Below, piece by piece: positions 1-10,066 of a stretch of DNA of 38,506 bases. The stretch covers positions 1 to 38,506 of the forward strand of contig MCFE01000763.1 of assembly GCA_002104905.1 (NCBI GenBank), given 5' to 3'. Position numbers and translations under genes: made by a program. Source of the stretch: Basidiobolus meristosporus CBS 931.73 (taxonomy: Eukaryota > Fungi > Basidiobolomycota). Under the pieces are notes generated by a model. The model saw nothing but the letters and a program-made list of their open reading frames with translations, ran no database searches and had not been told where the DNA came from. Within the stretch, counting starts at the first letter, position 1, and the number at the start of each line of letters is the position of its first letter.

Positions 1-34
1 ACTTTCAAGTTGTTCAAGTCTCTAAAGTGTTGCG

Positions 35-702
35 TCAGCTGTGGGCTAAGTATTGGCATTGTAGGTGCAGTGACAAGCTGAGATGATAGATCCAGATTGA
101 GGATGCAATCACTGCAACGGTAGGAAGAAAACTGAAAGCAATGTCAGTACATCTAACACTGCAGGTTTGTTTATTCATTTCGATGAAGCCTTGTTGGATG
201 AGGAATAGATGTACGGTAACACTACGCATCCTCAATATTTCAGTGTCTGCGTTCATATGCTAAGCAAACTCCACACTTTCTGATGAATCATCGTGTAGAT
301 CTTCTGTGCTACTCCATCATAAGATGAGCTATAGAAAATTGAGTTGGTAATCTCCAGAATAACGGTGTCAAACACTTTTCTTCCGGTTTGAGCGTTTTCT
401 TTGGAGCATCTGCTTACCCATTGGCCATAGTTATTGAGATGGGATTGTGGTATACCGCATTTTATGCAAAGTTGTGTGCCCACTTAAACATTCAGTTATG
501 AATTTTGATTTTAAAGATCAGAAAACTGTAATCGTAATCAGACAAGTATGTCATTTTGCAATCAAAATTTTAAGCGTTTTTCAAAGTGATTTTGTAGCAA
601 TATAAATTGATGTTTTGATTTGATTTTTGAATGATAGTCGGATAACAAGCTGTCAGAATGTGCAAACCGTCCTTTGGTGTACTGGGAATGCACAATATAC
701 AT
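35..702 (-). pseudogene. Decayed ORF family E, copy 1 (unknown product)
   Basis: 1-480 is homologous to about 11340-11730 (shared peptide relics such as KENAQTGRKVFDTVILEI / KENAQSGRRVFDTVILEI). A minus-strand TATAAAT at 729-736 precedes ATG 702 (MYIVHSQYxKGRFAHSDSLL), and this start recurs at 12833 and 26969. Multiple stops and frameshifts. Confidence 0.3.
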
Positions 703-1290
703 AATCCTGTAAAGTACAGATGCTCTCTATTTATAGGAAAAAATTTGTTAGAAATTTTCTCGCATTTCGTTGCCTAATCCCATAACATTGAAATCGACGA
801 AAATAACAGTATTATATATACTACTCCGGACTAGAGCAAATGACTATGAAATAACCAACTACGTAAGAACAGTGCCATTCCTGTGTGCACGCTTCAAGCC
901 TTTGCTTGAGAAATCGTAGTACGAGTCGTTTTGCGTCTCACGAATAAGACAATCGTATGTTGACTTAAACGGCAATTTAACTCCCAAAATCGATACATTT
1001 ATTTTAAAGTTCCATGAGTAAGTATGTAAACATTGAACATGGCTTTACTGACATCCCAAAGTATCTTCAAATGCGGTTGTTGATACACGACGCTGTTTGG
1101 ACTTCTCTCTTGCCACCAACCAAATGTGGAGTGCTCCTATTCCTTTGGTGTCTGTCGATTTTTTTTGGACCGGTACACTGTGTCTGCCATGGATTGATAG
1201 TGAGAGTAGGGTAGTCGTGCAAAGAATGCTTATTTGTTTTGCCTACCCAATATCCTCAGTTTAGGTTGATTTATCTGATAGGCGCAATTG
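480..1290. repeat. Triplicated block R1 between genes A and E (other copies about 12415-13520 and 26780-27645)
   Basis: Long near-identical stretches by eye, e.g. gaaataaccaactacgtaagaacagtgccattcctg at about 849, 13005 and 27137. Confidence 0.9.
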
Positions 1291-1298
1291 TCAGCACA

Positions 1299-1732
1299 CT
1301 AATTGTATTGAACATTTTGTTCGGTCTCTGCTACATCTTGGGTGGACTACATCAGAACGTAGGGATACGAAGAGCTATTGTCCGGGTGTTTCGCTCCCTT
1401 TTGCTTGGCGTATTTCAGTGCGTTGGCCCCACCCTCCGGTTCGAGACTGGGTCCTGCTTGATACTTGACATTGAAGCCTTTATTGCTGTTGGCATTAGCA
1501 ATGTTCAGGTTATTGTGCTTTCTGGTCACCGTGGTCAAATCTGGCACAATAACGGGGATTGAGCATTGGACGACTTAACAATAGGCAAAACTCGAACGTT
1601 TTGGTAGCAACCATTCGCATACTAAACACATGGTAAACTGCGATAATGAACCCTTCTATACTCGCGAGTGAATGGAAAGTAACCGCCGATTGCGGCAAGG
1701 TCTAGAATCACTGCTACGGTAAAAGAGCGCAT
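1299..1732 (-). pseudogene. Secreted family A, copy A1 (pseudogene)
   Basis: Homologous to 3450-3947. Deletion in the signal peptide, and in-frame TAG stops at PCV* and VLM* where A2 has CAG. Confidence 0.85.
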
Positions 1733-2059
1733 GTGAAGTGAATAACGTATTTGTGGGCTGGTATATAGGCTTGGCTGGACAAATTGCTATTTCATATCTC
1801 ACCTTTCGTTGACATATCAGGTCATTACTCACACTATCGCTTTATATCACCTTCTCGATCCCACTCTTGATTTAGCCTGGGTGTTGCTATTTCTTAAAAA
1901 TGATCCTTATGCCTAGCTGGTGATTCTCGTAAGTGAGACAGTGCATACACGAAATAGTAATCAGCATTTAATGTCAACCAGATGCTTTATAGTATAAAGC
2001 TAGAAGTAGATACTGAAGAAAGGGAAAGGCGACGTTGGCGATAGTGATGCTTAGATGTT

Positions 2060-2634
2060 CTTGCCGCAACAGTCCGAGTCCTTGGTACGTGTCTGATATT
2101 CGGAGCCACTACAACATGACTTAAGCGTTAGTAAGAGTGACCGAATGATACTTATATGCTGCCCTTGTATATTGTTGATGTAACAACGCTTTGTGCTGCA
2201 TATCCAATACTATACGAGATAATCCCTACTCAACCATGCCACTAAATTCCTTGAAAGTTACTGTTTCCGCACTTGCTCCTCTCCCTTTTTGCTGGGTAAC
2301 CCCACAGACTAGGCTTAAGTTCTCCCGGCTTTTTCTGTCTTCTAAAAGCGATCCAGGGCGACAAAAATACGTCAATCCCATCAGTTGCATCATGAACACG
2401 CTTTGCCACGCTTCCACTCTGTGTACCTAGGATTTAAGAAAGCTCCTGGATCATCCTCACGCATTCTGCGAACCTTACTTCCTGTCCAGAATGAAGATGG
2501 AAATTCTTCACTACACGCCTTTACGTTTTTAATAGCTCTACATACTCGGGGGCTGCCGTAGTATTGGGTCGGTTGCGTTCAAGAGGAGCGGCAGAAGAGG
2601 ATGCAAGTATCAAAGCACTGGCTAAGAGGATATC
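2060..2634 (-). pseudogene. Cys-rich secreted family C, copy C1 (pseudogene)
   Basis: Homologous to 28951-29445 and 14858-15531. Start codon deleted, CGCxxGYCW segment deleted, last exon partly deleted. Retains a TACTAAC branch point in the second intron. Confidence 0.8.
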
Positions 2635-2997
2635 TTGAGTAGACACTCCTCTACAGCCTTTATATTCGTTATTATATCTTCTTGGTTTGTAAGTCACACA
2701 ACATGCAACTTTAATATTAATCACGCTTGGGAAGAACCCAGAAATGGTTTAAACAGTCTAGTTCATCCGGTATAAAGTAGTACTTTTCTTGGATTGGATT
2801 CATTACTAAGCCATATCTCTTACATTTGTGCATCGATAACAACAGTGTCTTGAACGACCATTACTCACTACTCAGTATCATCTAGACAATTACGACAAAA
2901 CAATAGGAAAAGATACTTTATGATGCTTGCTTCGAGCGAAGGTAGTACTTCAAGAATATTTGCTTTCAAACTCTTTCGTAATGACCAAGTACAAGCT

Positions 2998-3079
2998 GGT
3001 GAGGTGGCCGAGTGGTCTAAGGCGCTGCGTTCAGGTCGCAGTCTCTTCGGAGGCGTGGGTTCGAACCCCACCCTCATCA
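2998..3079 (+). tRNA. tRNA-Leu-CAG: tRNA-Leu (anticodon CAG), class II with long variable arm
   Basis: Acceptor stem GGTGAGG/CCTCATC, D arm GCC..GGC, anticodon arm CTGCG-TTCAGGT-CGCAG, T arm GTGGG-TTCGAAC-CCCAC, discriminator A, downstream TTTT terminator. Confidence 0.97.
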
Positions 3080-3449
3080 TCTATTTTACTCTTAGCTTGC
3101 ACAAAAATGATAAGAGGAAATATCACCATGCTAACAGTCACTGGGCAGTCTGTCAATCTCGAATCTTTGTGTTACCAAAGTCAATCCGGTAACCCTGCCA
3201 GACATTCTCTCTAATATCAACCTTTTCGGTGGAGGGCAGCATCACTAAGGACTGAGGGTGAGTATGTTAGTACGTAAGTGGATATCTAATATTAATGCCC
3301 GCAGCTCTGATCATGATACAGGTGTGTGCAAGTAAAAAGCTAATCACAAGCAACAACAAGTGTAAGAATGTCATTTGAATTTTATTGATTGAAAATTTTC
3401 AGTTGTAGCGTGGTGATGACTACCTACATCTTCAGCTCATGTCATCGCA

Positions 3450-3947
3450 CTAATTGTATTGAACGTTTTGCTCTGGACAATCTTCTACGCATTGCATCTC
3501 TGCCACAGGGGTTGTGTATTGTATATCTTGGGTGGGCTGCATCAGGACGTAGGGAGAGAAAGAACTATCTTCCAAGTGTTCCGCTCCCTTTTGCTTAGCA
3601 TATTCTAATGCATTGGCCCTACCCTCCAGTTCGAGACTGGGCCCTGCTTGATACTTGACATTGAAGCCTTTGTTGCTGTTGGCGTTAGCAATGTTCAGGT
3701 TATCGTGCTTTCTGGTCACCGTGGTGAAAACCTGGCGCAATAACGGGGATTCGACATTCGTCGTCTTAACGACAGGCAAAACTCGAGCGTTTTGGTAGCA
3801 ACCGCTCGCATACTGTGCACATGGTAAGCTGCGATAATGAACCCCTCTATACTCGCGAGTACATGGAGAAGAACAGCCGATTGGGGCAGCAACAGCAACT
3901 TGAAGAGCGGCAAGGCTTAGAATCACTGCTACGGTAGTAGAGCGCAT
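3450..3947 (-). CDS. Secreted protein family A, copy A2 (165 aa, unknown function)
   Basis: Signal-peptide-like N-terminus MRSTTVAVILSLAALQVAVA-AP, Cys motifs CSSPC and PCAQYASGCYQ, upstream TATA-like sequence, three degenerate paralogs in the window. Confidence 0.75.
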   Translation of the reverse strand: MRSTTVAVILSLAALQVAVAAPIGCSSPCTREYRGVHYRSLPCAQYASGCYQNARVLPVVKTTNVESPLLRQVFTTVTRKHDNLNIANANSNKGFNVKYQAGPSLELEGRANALEYAKQKGAEHLEDSSFSPYVLMQPTQDIQYTTPVAEMQCVEDCPEQNVQYN

Positions 3948-4321
3948 GCTGAAGAATAGCTGAGAAATAAGCTAGTTGCATAGGCCGCTATATAGCATGG
4001 GAGGCTATATAATAAGGTTAAGTCGAGGGCATAAAGTGAGTCTTGTAAGATTGCGCATGTTTTCCATTCTGTTATTGACTTTATCGAGGAAGCCTGTAAC
4101 ATATAAAACACATGCACTGGAATGACAGCCTCTGTATATATTTATATGGTTCTATCACCGCTGCCCATACTTCTCTTCAATACTCACAATGACATTGTGT
4201 ACAACGATAAGTGCCACTGTTTCTGTGTGTGCATATCAGAAAATTCTTGAGTACTTGTACATCATCAGCATACCGAGTAATATGTTGCTCATTTTATTTC
4301 GTAAGTTTACTTTTACTAGAC

Positions 4322-4867
4322 TTAATGTCTGTTTCCACTGAAATATCTAACTTTGAAGTGGCGACGAGCAGATCTCTTATACTTCTTGTACCCACCTCTA
4401 AGCGCACGCGCTGCTGGCTGAGTGATGATAATTTGTGGCTGTTGCTGCTTGGGCTGGTACAGGGTTTGATCAATGACCTGCGCTTGGTCGAACTGGTTTG
4501 AGTTGGACAAGGCATTGGCTTTACTGGAGGAATGGCCATTGATTTTGTCCAGCAAGGCTTGGGATGGTTGAAGATTGGAAATATCGAACCCTTGCAACCC
4601 AGAGAATCCTGGCTGCTCACCCGAAGTCTCGCTTGTCTGCATTGGCTCACTCATCTCCGAATCATCCCCCTCCTCAGTTGATGGCTGGTATTCTTGACTG
4701 GGGGCCGAAGTGTCCTGATAACAAGCACCCTGTTGTTCGACGCATGGCTCATTGGTGAAGGCTACCTGGGAGTCACCGAGTGGGGTAGCGGAGATTGCTT
4801 GCAGTGAAGCGATGGCGGAAGCTAGCAAGAGGAAGGAAAGCTGCATGACTGGCTGGTGGAGTCTCAT
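4322..4867 (-). CDS. Secreted Q/S/E-rich protein family B, copy B1 (181 aa; true start may be Met8 at 4846)
   Basis: Signal peptide MQLSFLLLASAIASLQAISA-TP, PCVEQQGACYQ motif, acidic middle, basic C-terminus. Nearly identical intact paralog at 28159-28710. TATAAA at about 4882-4887 is very close to Met1, which favours Met8. Confidence 0.8.
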   Translation of the reverse strand: MRLHQPVMQLSFLLLASAIASLQAISATPLGDSQVAFTNEPCVEQQGACYQDTSAPSQEYQPSTEEGDDSEMSEPMQTSETSGEQPGFSGLQGFDISNLQPSQALLDKINGHSSSKANALSNSNQFDQAQVIDQTLYQPKQQQPQIIITQPAARALRGGYKKYKRSARRHFKVRYFSGNRH

Positions 4868-6179
4868 GCGAATTTTGACGATTTATATCACCTCGATCCC
4901 ACTCAATTAGGCTTCGTTCATAGCACTAGCTTTATGCGAGCTAGATTGATTTAACCTTTGCTACTTTACCTCTTCGTACAGCTACACAGTATAGGTGCAC
5001 TTCAAAGTGTGAAGAATGAGGGCGATCTGGTCAATGATATCCTTAATATCGTTCAAAATTCTCTCAGTTTTTGCAATAACTATCCGTGTTAGTAAGGACT
5101 TCGGTAATTTTTTACTAATGAGCTTGAGGGTTACCGTCGAGAAAGTCCAAGGTCATTGCGGTCAATTTCAATGGGTTTGGTACTCCTTTGTATCAGTGTA
5201 GTACTGTAAGCTTAACATGCACTTTTGGTATTGTTATTCCATCTTTAAGGCAAGTATCTCTTACGATAGTCCTGTCATTGCCTGGAAGGTATTGTCCTTT
5301 GGTAGTGCTGTTTTCTTGCTATACACATGCTTAAATATATTGCTGATCTGACCCTGCCGCAACTGGAGAGCAGCAACCACAGTCAAGCTTTGGGGCAGGC
5401 TTATTAAATTAACCAGTTATTACAAGAACCTAGGGTTGTTGCTGATTGGTGAACGATACGACTGTCATGGGGTGTACAGCACAGTACAGGCGAGAATAAA
5501 TTGGTTAGTTTTTTGCCAAGAGTTGGGGATATTGAGTGGATAGTGCTTGGGATAGTTGAGGCTGCCTTGGAATTTCTTGTTGTAGTACACGCGTTTTCAA
5601 TTAGTTATTTGTCAAGAAACAAGCCAATTGTGCCTGTTCACTTTATTTGTGTTACGCTTTATCTATGCTGCTACCATCGATAGCTTGGATGGCGATGCTT
5701 TCTTGCAAGACACATGCACTTATCTATTGCAAACTTTACCCTGCCACAGATGGAGTACAGCGTCGGATTAAGAGCTCAGCCACCGACTACCACGGTCATT
5801 CTTTTGGGCAGGTTGATTACATAACCTGTTATTTCAAGAACAGACTCATTGCTGATTGGTGCAAATCCTTGTCACCAATGACCGGCATGGTGCATAGAGA
5901 CGGTGCCGGCAAGAAGGAAATATTCATGGATGTGTTTAGCTAGTACTGGTTTCCTCAGGTAATGTTGCAGATTTGGCCTCAACTGTAACCATTCATGATT
6001 TCTGGATCATTTCTCCAAGCTTGGCCTAAGACTCAGCACTTTAGGTGGGAAGCCGCTATACTTAGTAGAAAAGGGCACATGAAGCAGCCAACACTAAGCC
6101 ACCACCTGGATAAGGTGATATAAAGCAGCAGGTGTGGGCTTGTCAGTCTCAAGACTTATTGCACTCCACTTTCTCAGCC

Positions 6180-6398
6180 ATGGTATCCGATCAAGAAGCC
6201 CGTTTGTATTCTGCCGATGTCAGAGAAGAAATTGCCAGAGCCAAGAGAGCTAACAACGGGAACTACGCCTCAGTCACAGTCAAAGGGATTCGCTGGACTT
6301 GGAGAGGACCCGGAACTGGCGAGCTGTCCTTCAAGCAGATCCTCGAAGGAAGAAAGGGGACCGCCTGCGTGGATAGCCAGACATGGGTAATCTCGTAG
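6180..6398 (+). CDS. Orphan small protein, 72 aa (MVSDQEARLYSADVREE...)
   Basis: TATAAAG at 6119-6125, gccATGG start context, GC-richer protein-like sequence than its flanks. No family recognised. A GTAATC donor at the 3' end may indicate a further exon. Confidence 0.5.
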   Translation: MVSDQEARLYSADVREEIARAKRANNGNYASVTVKGIRWTWRGPGTGELSFKQILEGRKGTACVDSQTWVIS

Positions 6399-7058
6399 GG
6401 TTTGGTTGGTGCCTATGTAGCCGGTGGACTCTTGGAGATGTTGCTGTTATGGATATTTAGCTGAAGCATTGTGAAATAAATGAGTTCAAATCCGCGTTCC
6501 TTTGACCCAGCTGTATTATGCTCATTGCACTGTGAGCATCTAACATATGTGTGAACTGCTACTTTGATTGTTAAGTGTTTTGATCAGATATACGTGTACA
6601 ACTGCCGTGTACAGGCATCCGTTCCAGCAATCAGTATCGTGTTGCACGCTCCGCACTTCTGAAGACAATCCTTTTCTGTTGCGGTCAATATGATATGGCA
6701 CCCCTGAGGTCTTTGCTTTTGCCTTAGTAGCGTTGGCTTCCTTTAGAAAAGGCTTTGTTTAATTTCTGTTACCAAACAACCTAGAACTCAACGTATATCC
6801 TAAATAACCTTGAGACCGTTAAGCATCTATCAGCCGGACGCCACTTTGAATCTGCAACAGCTATTGCGCTGATCTATGTAAGTGCTGAAGAAATCAACGT
6901 GTTTCTAAGCAGGAAAAATAGATTATCTAGAACTCTTATTTTGAGTACTCCTGCAGCCATATAGGTATTTTGCTAGATTTGTTTTACCCTATATCACGCA
7001 AATACTGTCTATTGGCAGTTTATGTATTTGGGAGCTTGCCTGTAGTCTAAGTGATCCT

Positions 7059-7107
7059 AATAGGGTGAATAGGGTGAGTAGGGTGAATAGGGTGAATAGG
7101 GTGAATA
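7059..7107 (+). repeat. Interstitial telomere-like tandem repeat (AATAGGGTG) x5
   Basis: Five 9-bp units with one variant (AGTAGGGTG), each containing TAGGGT in the same orientation as the terminal telomere. Confidence 0.9.
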
Positions 7108-7496
7108 ACCTTTCACAAGATTTGGTAATATGCTATCATGAAATTCACACACAAGTATTACTGTTGGAAGCACTAGTCTAGGTTGATGATTCTATAAACA
7201 GAATAGGAAGCATCAAACAGAAGCACTAAGACTAATTAGTGATTATAATGGGATCCCAGGCCCTGATCTTATGGGAATAAATAGTCACATACATCTACTA
7301 GTGGATTTATACTTATTGTCCAGCATCCACCAGAGGTTTTTGACAGAGTAGCACTTTTATTTATACTGTTGTAAATGATGTGTAGCATGTATGGTTAGAA
7401 TACCCCAACATACACTGTTTACTTCTTTATCCAGCTACTTTGTATACTTGCATTATTTCTAGCATTCAACATTGAACGTAATAGATTTATTAATCA

Positions 7497-7694
7497 TCAG
7501 ATACAGCATCTTTGGCCAGACTTGCATCCAGTGTCCCAGAACACGGATCTCCAACCGGTGGGGCAGCTACCGGAAACGCACAAGGAGCCTCTTGAGTTCC
7601 CTTGGGCTTGGCACGAGAGAGCATCTACGGAGCCGGAACTGGAGCTGGCCACAAGGAAGGCGACCATCAAGGAGACTGCAAATTTCTTCATCAT
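7497..7694 (-). CDS. Secreted defensin-like peptide D1 (65 aa; six Cys, C-x10-C-x4-C-x12-C-x5-CC)
   Basis: Signal peptide MMKKFAVSLMVAFLVASSSSGSVDA, then LSCQAQGNSRGSLCVSGSCPTGWRSVFWDTGCKSGQRCCI. TATATA about 55 nt upstream. Three tandem copies. Confidence 0.85.
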   Translation of the reverse strand: MMKKFAVSLMVAFLVASSSSGSVDALSCQAQGNSRGSLCVSGSCPTGWRSVFWDTGCKSGQRCCI

Positions 7695-7833
7695 TGTTTT
7701 GATTGAGAGATTAGTGTGTGAATGATGTCTAGCAGCAAGGTTAGCTCAATATATAGGCGTCATTTCCCCATTGTTGCACATACTTTTGTCAATAGTCGCT
7801 GTGGCTAGCTCTACGAATGGTTGTACAAGAGAA

Positions 7834-7895
7834 GAAGGTTACCTGGGTAATGTAAACCAGCTCAGAAGGTTACCTTGGTAATGTAAACCAGTTCC
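7834..7895. promoter_or_regulatory. 31-bp tandem duplicated element with TTACC-NN-GGTAA dyad upstream of D genes
   Basis: gaaggttacctgggtaatgtaaaccag occurs x2 here, x1 at about 9130-9157 and x2 at about 10404-10461, where the first unit is the perfect palindrome TTACCCGGGTAA. Regulatory role is inferred from position only. Confidence 0.4.
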
Positions 7896-8794
7896 AGGAA
7901 ATTATATGTATTGATGGCCAACATCAAAAGAGCAGTAGCATTGAAATGGTATTTCTCGTATGGCATAGTGTCACCTCTTTATTCAAACATATAAATGATG
8001 CGGCAATAATATGCAAAATCAAAGGTAGCAATCCTTGAACTGGGCTGCTCATCACATTTTGTGCCACACAGCTTTTGCCGTGCAATACACTCATCTACGA
8101 AGAATGTTCTAAATGCAGTACCACACGGCTGAAAGTAAGCCTTCCCTGTTATTTTCAAGTGTAGAACTACTTTGCCGATAGTTCAATAGATAATTCATTA
8201 GGTAGATACAATATCTTTGGTGTCCCGGAATACCAACCTTTGACCAATACCTGAAGGGCGCAAGTAGAGAGTGTCAACACAGCTGGCCTCAATAATGGCA
8301 GGTAAGGAGAGTTGTAACCTGTAAAGTAAACAAGTACTCTTGAAGCATGTGCAATATAGGTCATTACGTACACTGCTAATTATCCTTCCTCTGTGCAAAG
8401 CACTCACTCAGCGGTTGTTGTGGCTAGGCAGTCTGTAACAATGGAATATGTAAACCAGCTCTATACACGAATAACAATGTAATGGTTACATTCACTCTAC
8501 TTATTGACAGTTATAGCAATCATGATATGCAGACATTGTTGCTTATACAATGTAAATGATATAGAGCACTGTGGCGAACAACAGTTCAATAGATGGTTCC
8601 CAATACAGTTGCACATATTAAGCCCCAAAGATGAGACCAGCATATTTTGCTACACTATTGACTCCCATTATACTGCTATATAGTTGCTGCTTGCTTCTTA
8701 AGCACTAATCTCCGTATATTACAATACGGCTTGTCTCTAGCATCTGCATTGTCATGTGTACGTTCCACATTGAACGTATTGGATTTATTGATTA

Positions 8795-8990
8795 TCAGAT
8801 ACAGCATCTCTGGCCGGACTTGCATCCGGTATCCCAGAATACTGATCTCCAACCGGTGGGGCAGCTACCGGAAACGCACAAGGAGCCTCTTGAGTTCCCT
8901 TGGGCTTGGCACGAGAGAGCATCTACGGAGCGGACTGGAGCTGGCCACAAGGAAGGCGACCATCAGGGAGACTGCAAACTTCTTCATCAT
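8795..8990 (-). pseudogene. Defensin-like peptide D2, frameshifted in the signal region
   Basis: Mature-peptide coding sequence is intact and encodes the same 40 aa. 2 nt are missing (agccggaact becomes agcggact) near 8930-8937. Confidence 0.75.
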
Positions 8991-10066
8991 TGTTTTGATT
9001 GAGAGCTTAGTGTGTGAATGATGTCTAGCAGCAGGGTTGGCTCAATATATAGGCGTCATTTCCACATTGTTGTACATACTTTTGTCAATAGTTGCTGTGG
9101 CTAGCTCTACGAATGATTGTACATGAGAAGAAGGCTACCTGGGTAATGTAAACCAGTTCCACAGAGCTGCAGCATTGAGATGATGTTAATACACAAAAAC
9201 AAATTGGCAATCCATGAACCGGGTTGCTCATCAGACATGCTATTGTGTAGTGGTAGTCCTACACCAATAAAGCATCTTTGGCCTCTAACTGGAAAGTAAA
9301 TCAAGACCTCAAGATGCATAGACAATCTCGATAATTACGTTTACTGTAACATGTACATTCCATGACTGTTGTGGCTAAGCAGTCTGTGACAACGGAATGA
9401 GTGTGGATACATTGATTACAGTCAAATCTACCATTTGAGACTTAAAGCGGTAATGATATTCAATCGAGATATGCAAAGTCCTAGGTAACACTGTCGCTTA
9501 TAAAGTATAAATGAATCTTGATTTTTAGCTAGATGCTGCTATTTGCAATAACACGCAAGTATTGATACAACTTTAGTGTTTGTAACGACTTGCATTGATT
9601 TTGCTACAAGTAAATATAGATATGAGATTGCTGTCCCACTTGGGAATTGAAATATGTTGTATTCTTTACAACGACTTAGCCGATAATTCATTAGATAATT
9701 TATTAGGTAGATACAACATCTTTGGTGTTCCGGAATATCAAACTTTGACTTATGCCTGAAAGGCGCAAGTAGAGAGTGTCAACACAACTGGCCTCCATAA
9801 TGGCAGGTAAGGAAAGTTGTAATATGTAAGGTAAGCAAGTCCTCTTGACGCATGAGCAATATAGGACATCATGTACACTGTTACTTATCCTTCCTCTGTG
9901 CAAAACACTCTCTCACATAAAGAGGAGGCAAACATATTTTGCTACACTTTGGCTATATAGTTGCTGCTTGCTTCTTAAGCGTCAATCTCCGAATACTCTG
10001 TCCTGTTTCTAGCATCTGCATTATTGTGTGTAAATTCAACATTGAACATATTGGATTTATTAACTA

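Noticed and set aside
2998-3079. Possible CUG codon reassignment (tRNA-CAG as Ser or Ala)
   Set aside because: U33, G37, discriminator A73 and the Leu-type D and variable arms fit an ordinary tRNA-Leu. The yeast Ser-CAG tRNA has G33.
2868-3214. ORFs overlapping the first tRNA
   Set aside because: The sequence is fully explained by the tRNA cloverleaf, and the ORFs are not conserved at the second tRNA copy.
4100-4320. Possible extra Cys-rich exon of B1 (ICTHRNSGTYRCTQCHCEY)
   Set aside because: No convincing acceptor in the right phase, and the segment is not shared by B2 or B3.
5350-5870. Diverged internal duplication (about 5350-5440 and 5740-5870) with a coding-like frame GQVDYITCYFKNRLIADWCK
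   Set aside because: One copy has stops, there is no start or promoter, and no family is recognisable. Noted only as decayed duplicated DNA.
8160-9905. Repeated ORF-like segment (8167-8407 and 9703-9903) inside the D units
   Set aside because: Frames and stops differ between the two copies, and it is absent from the third unit.
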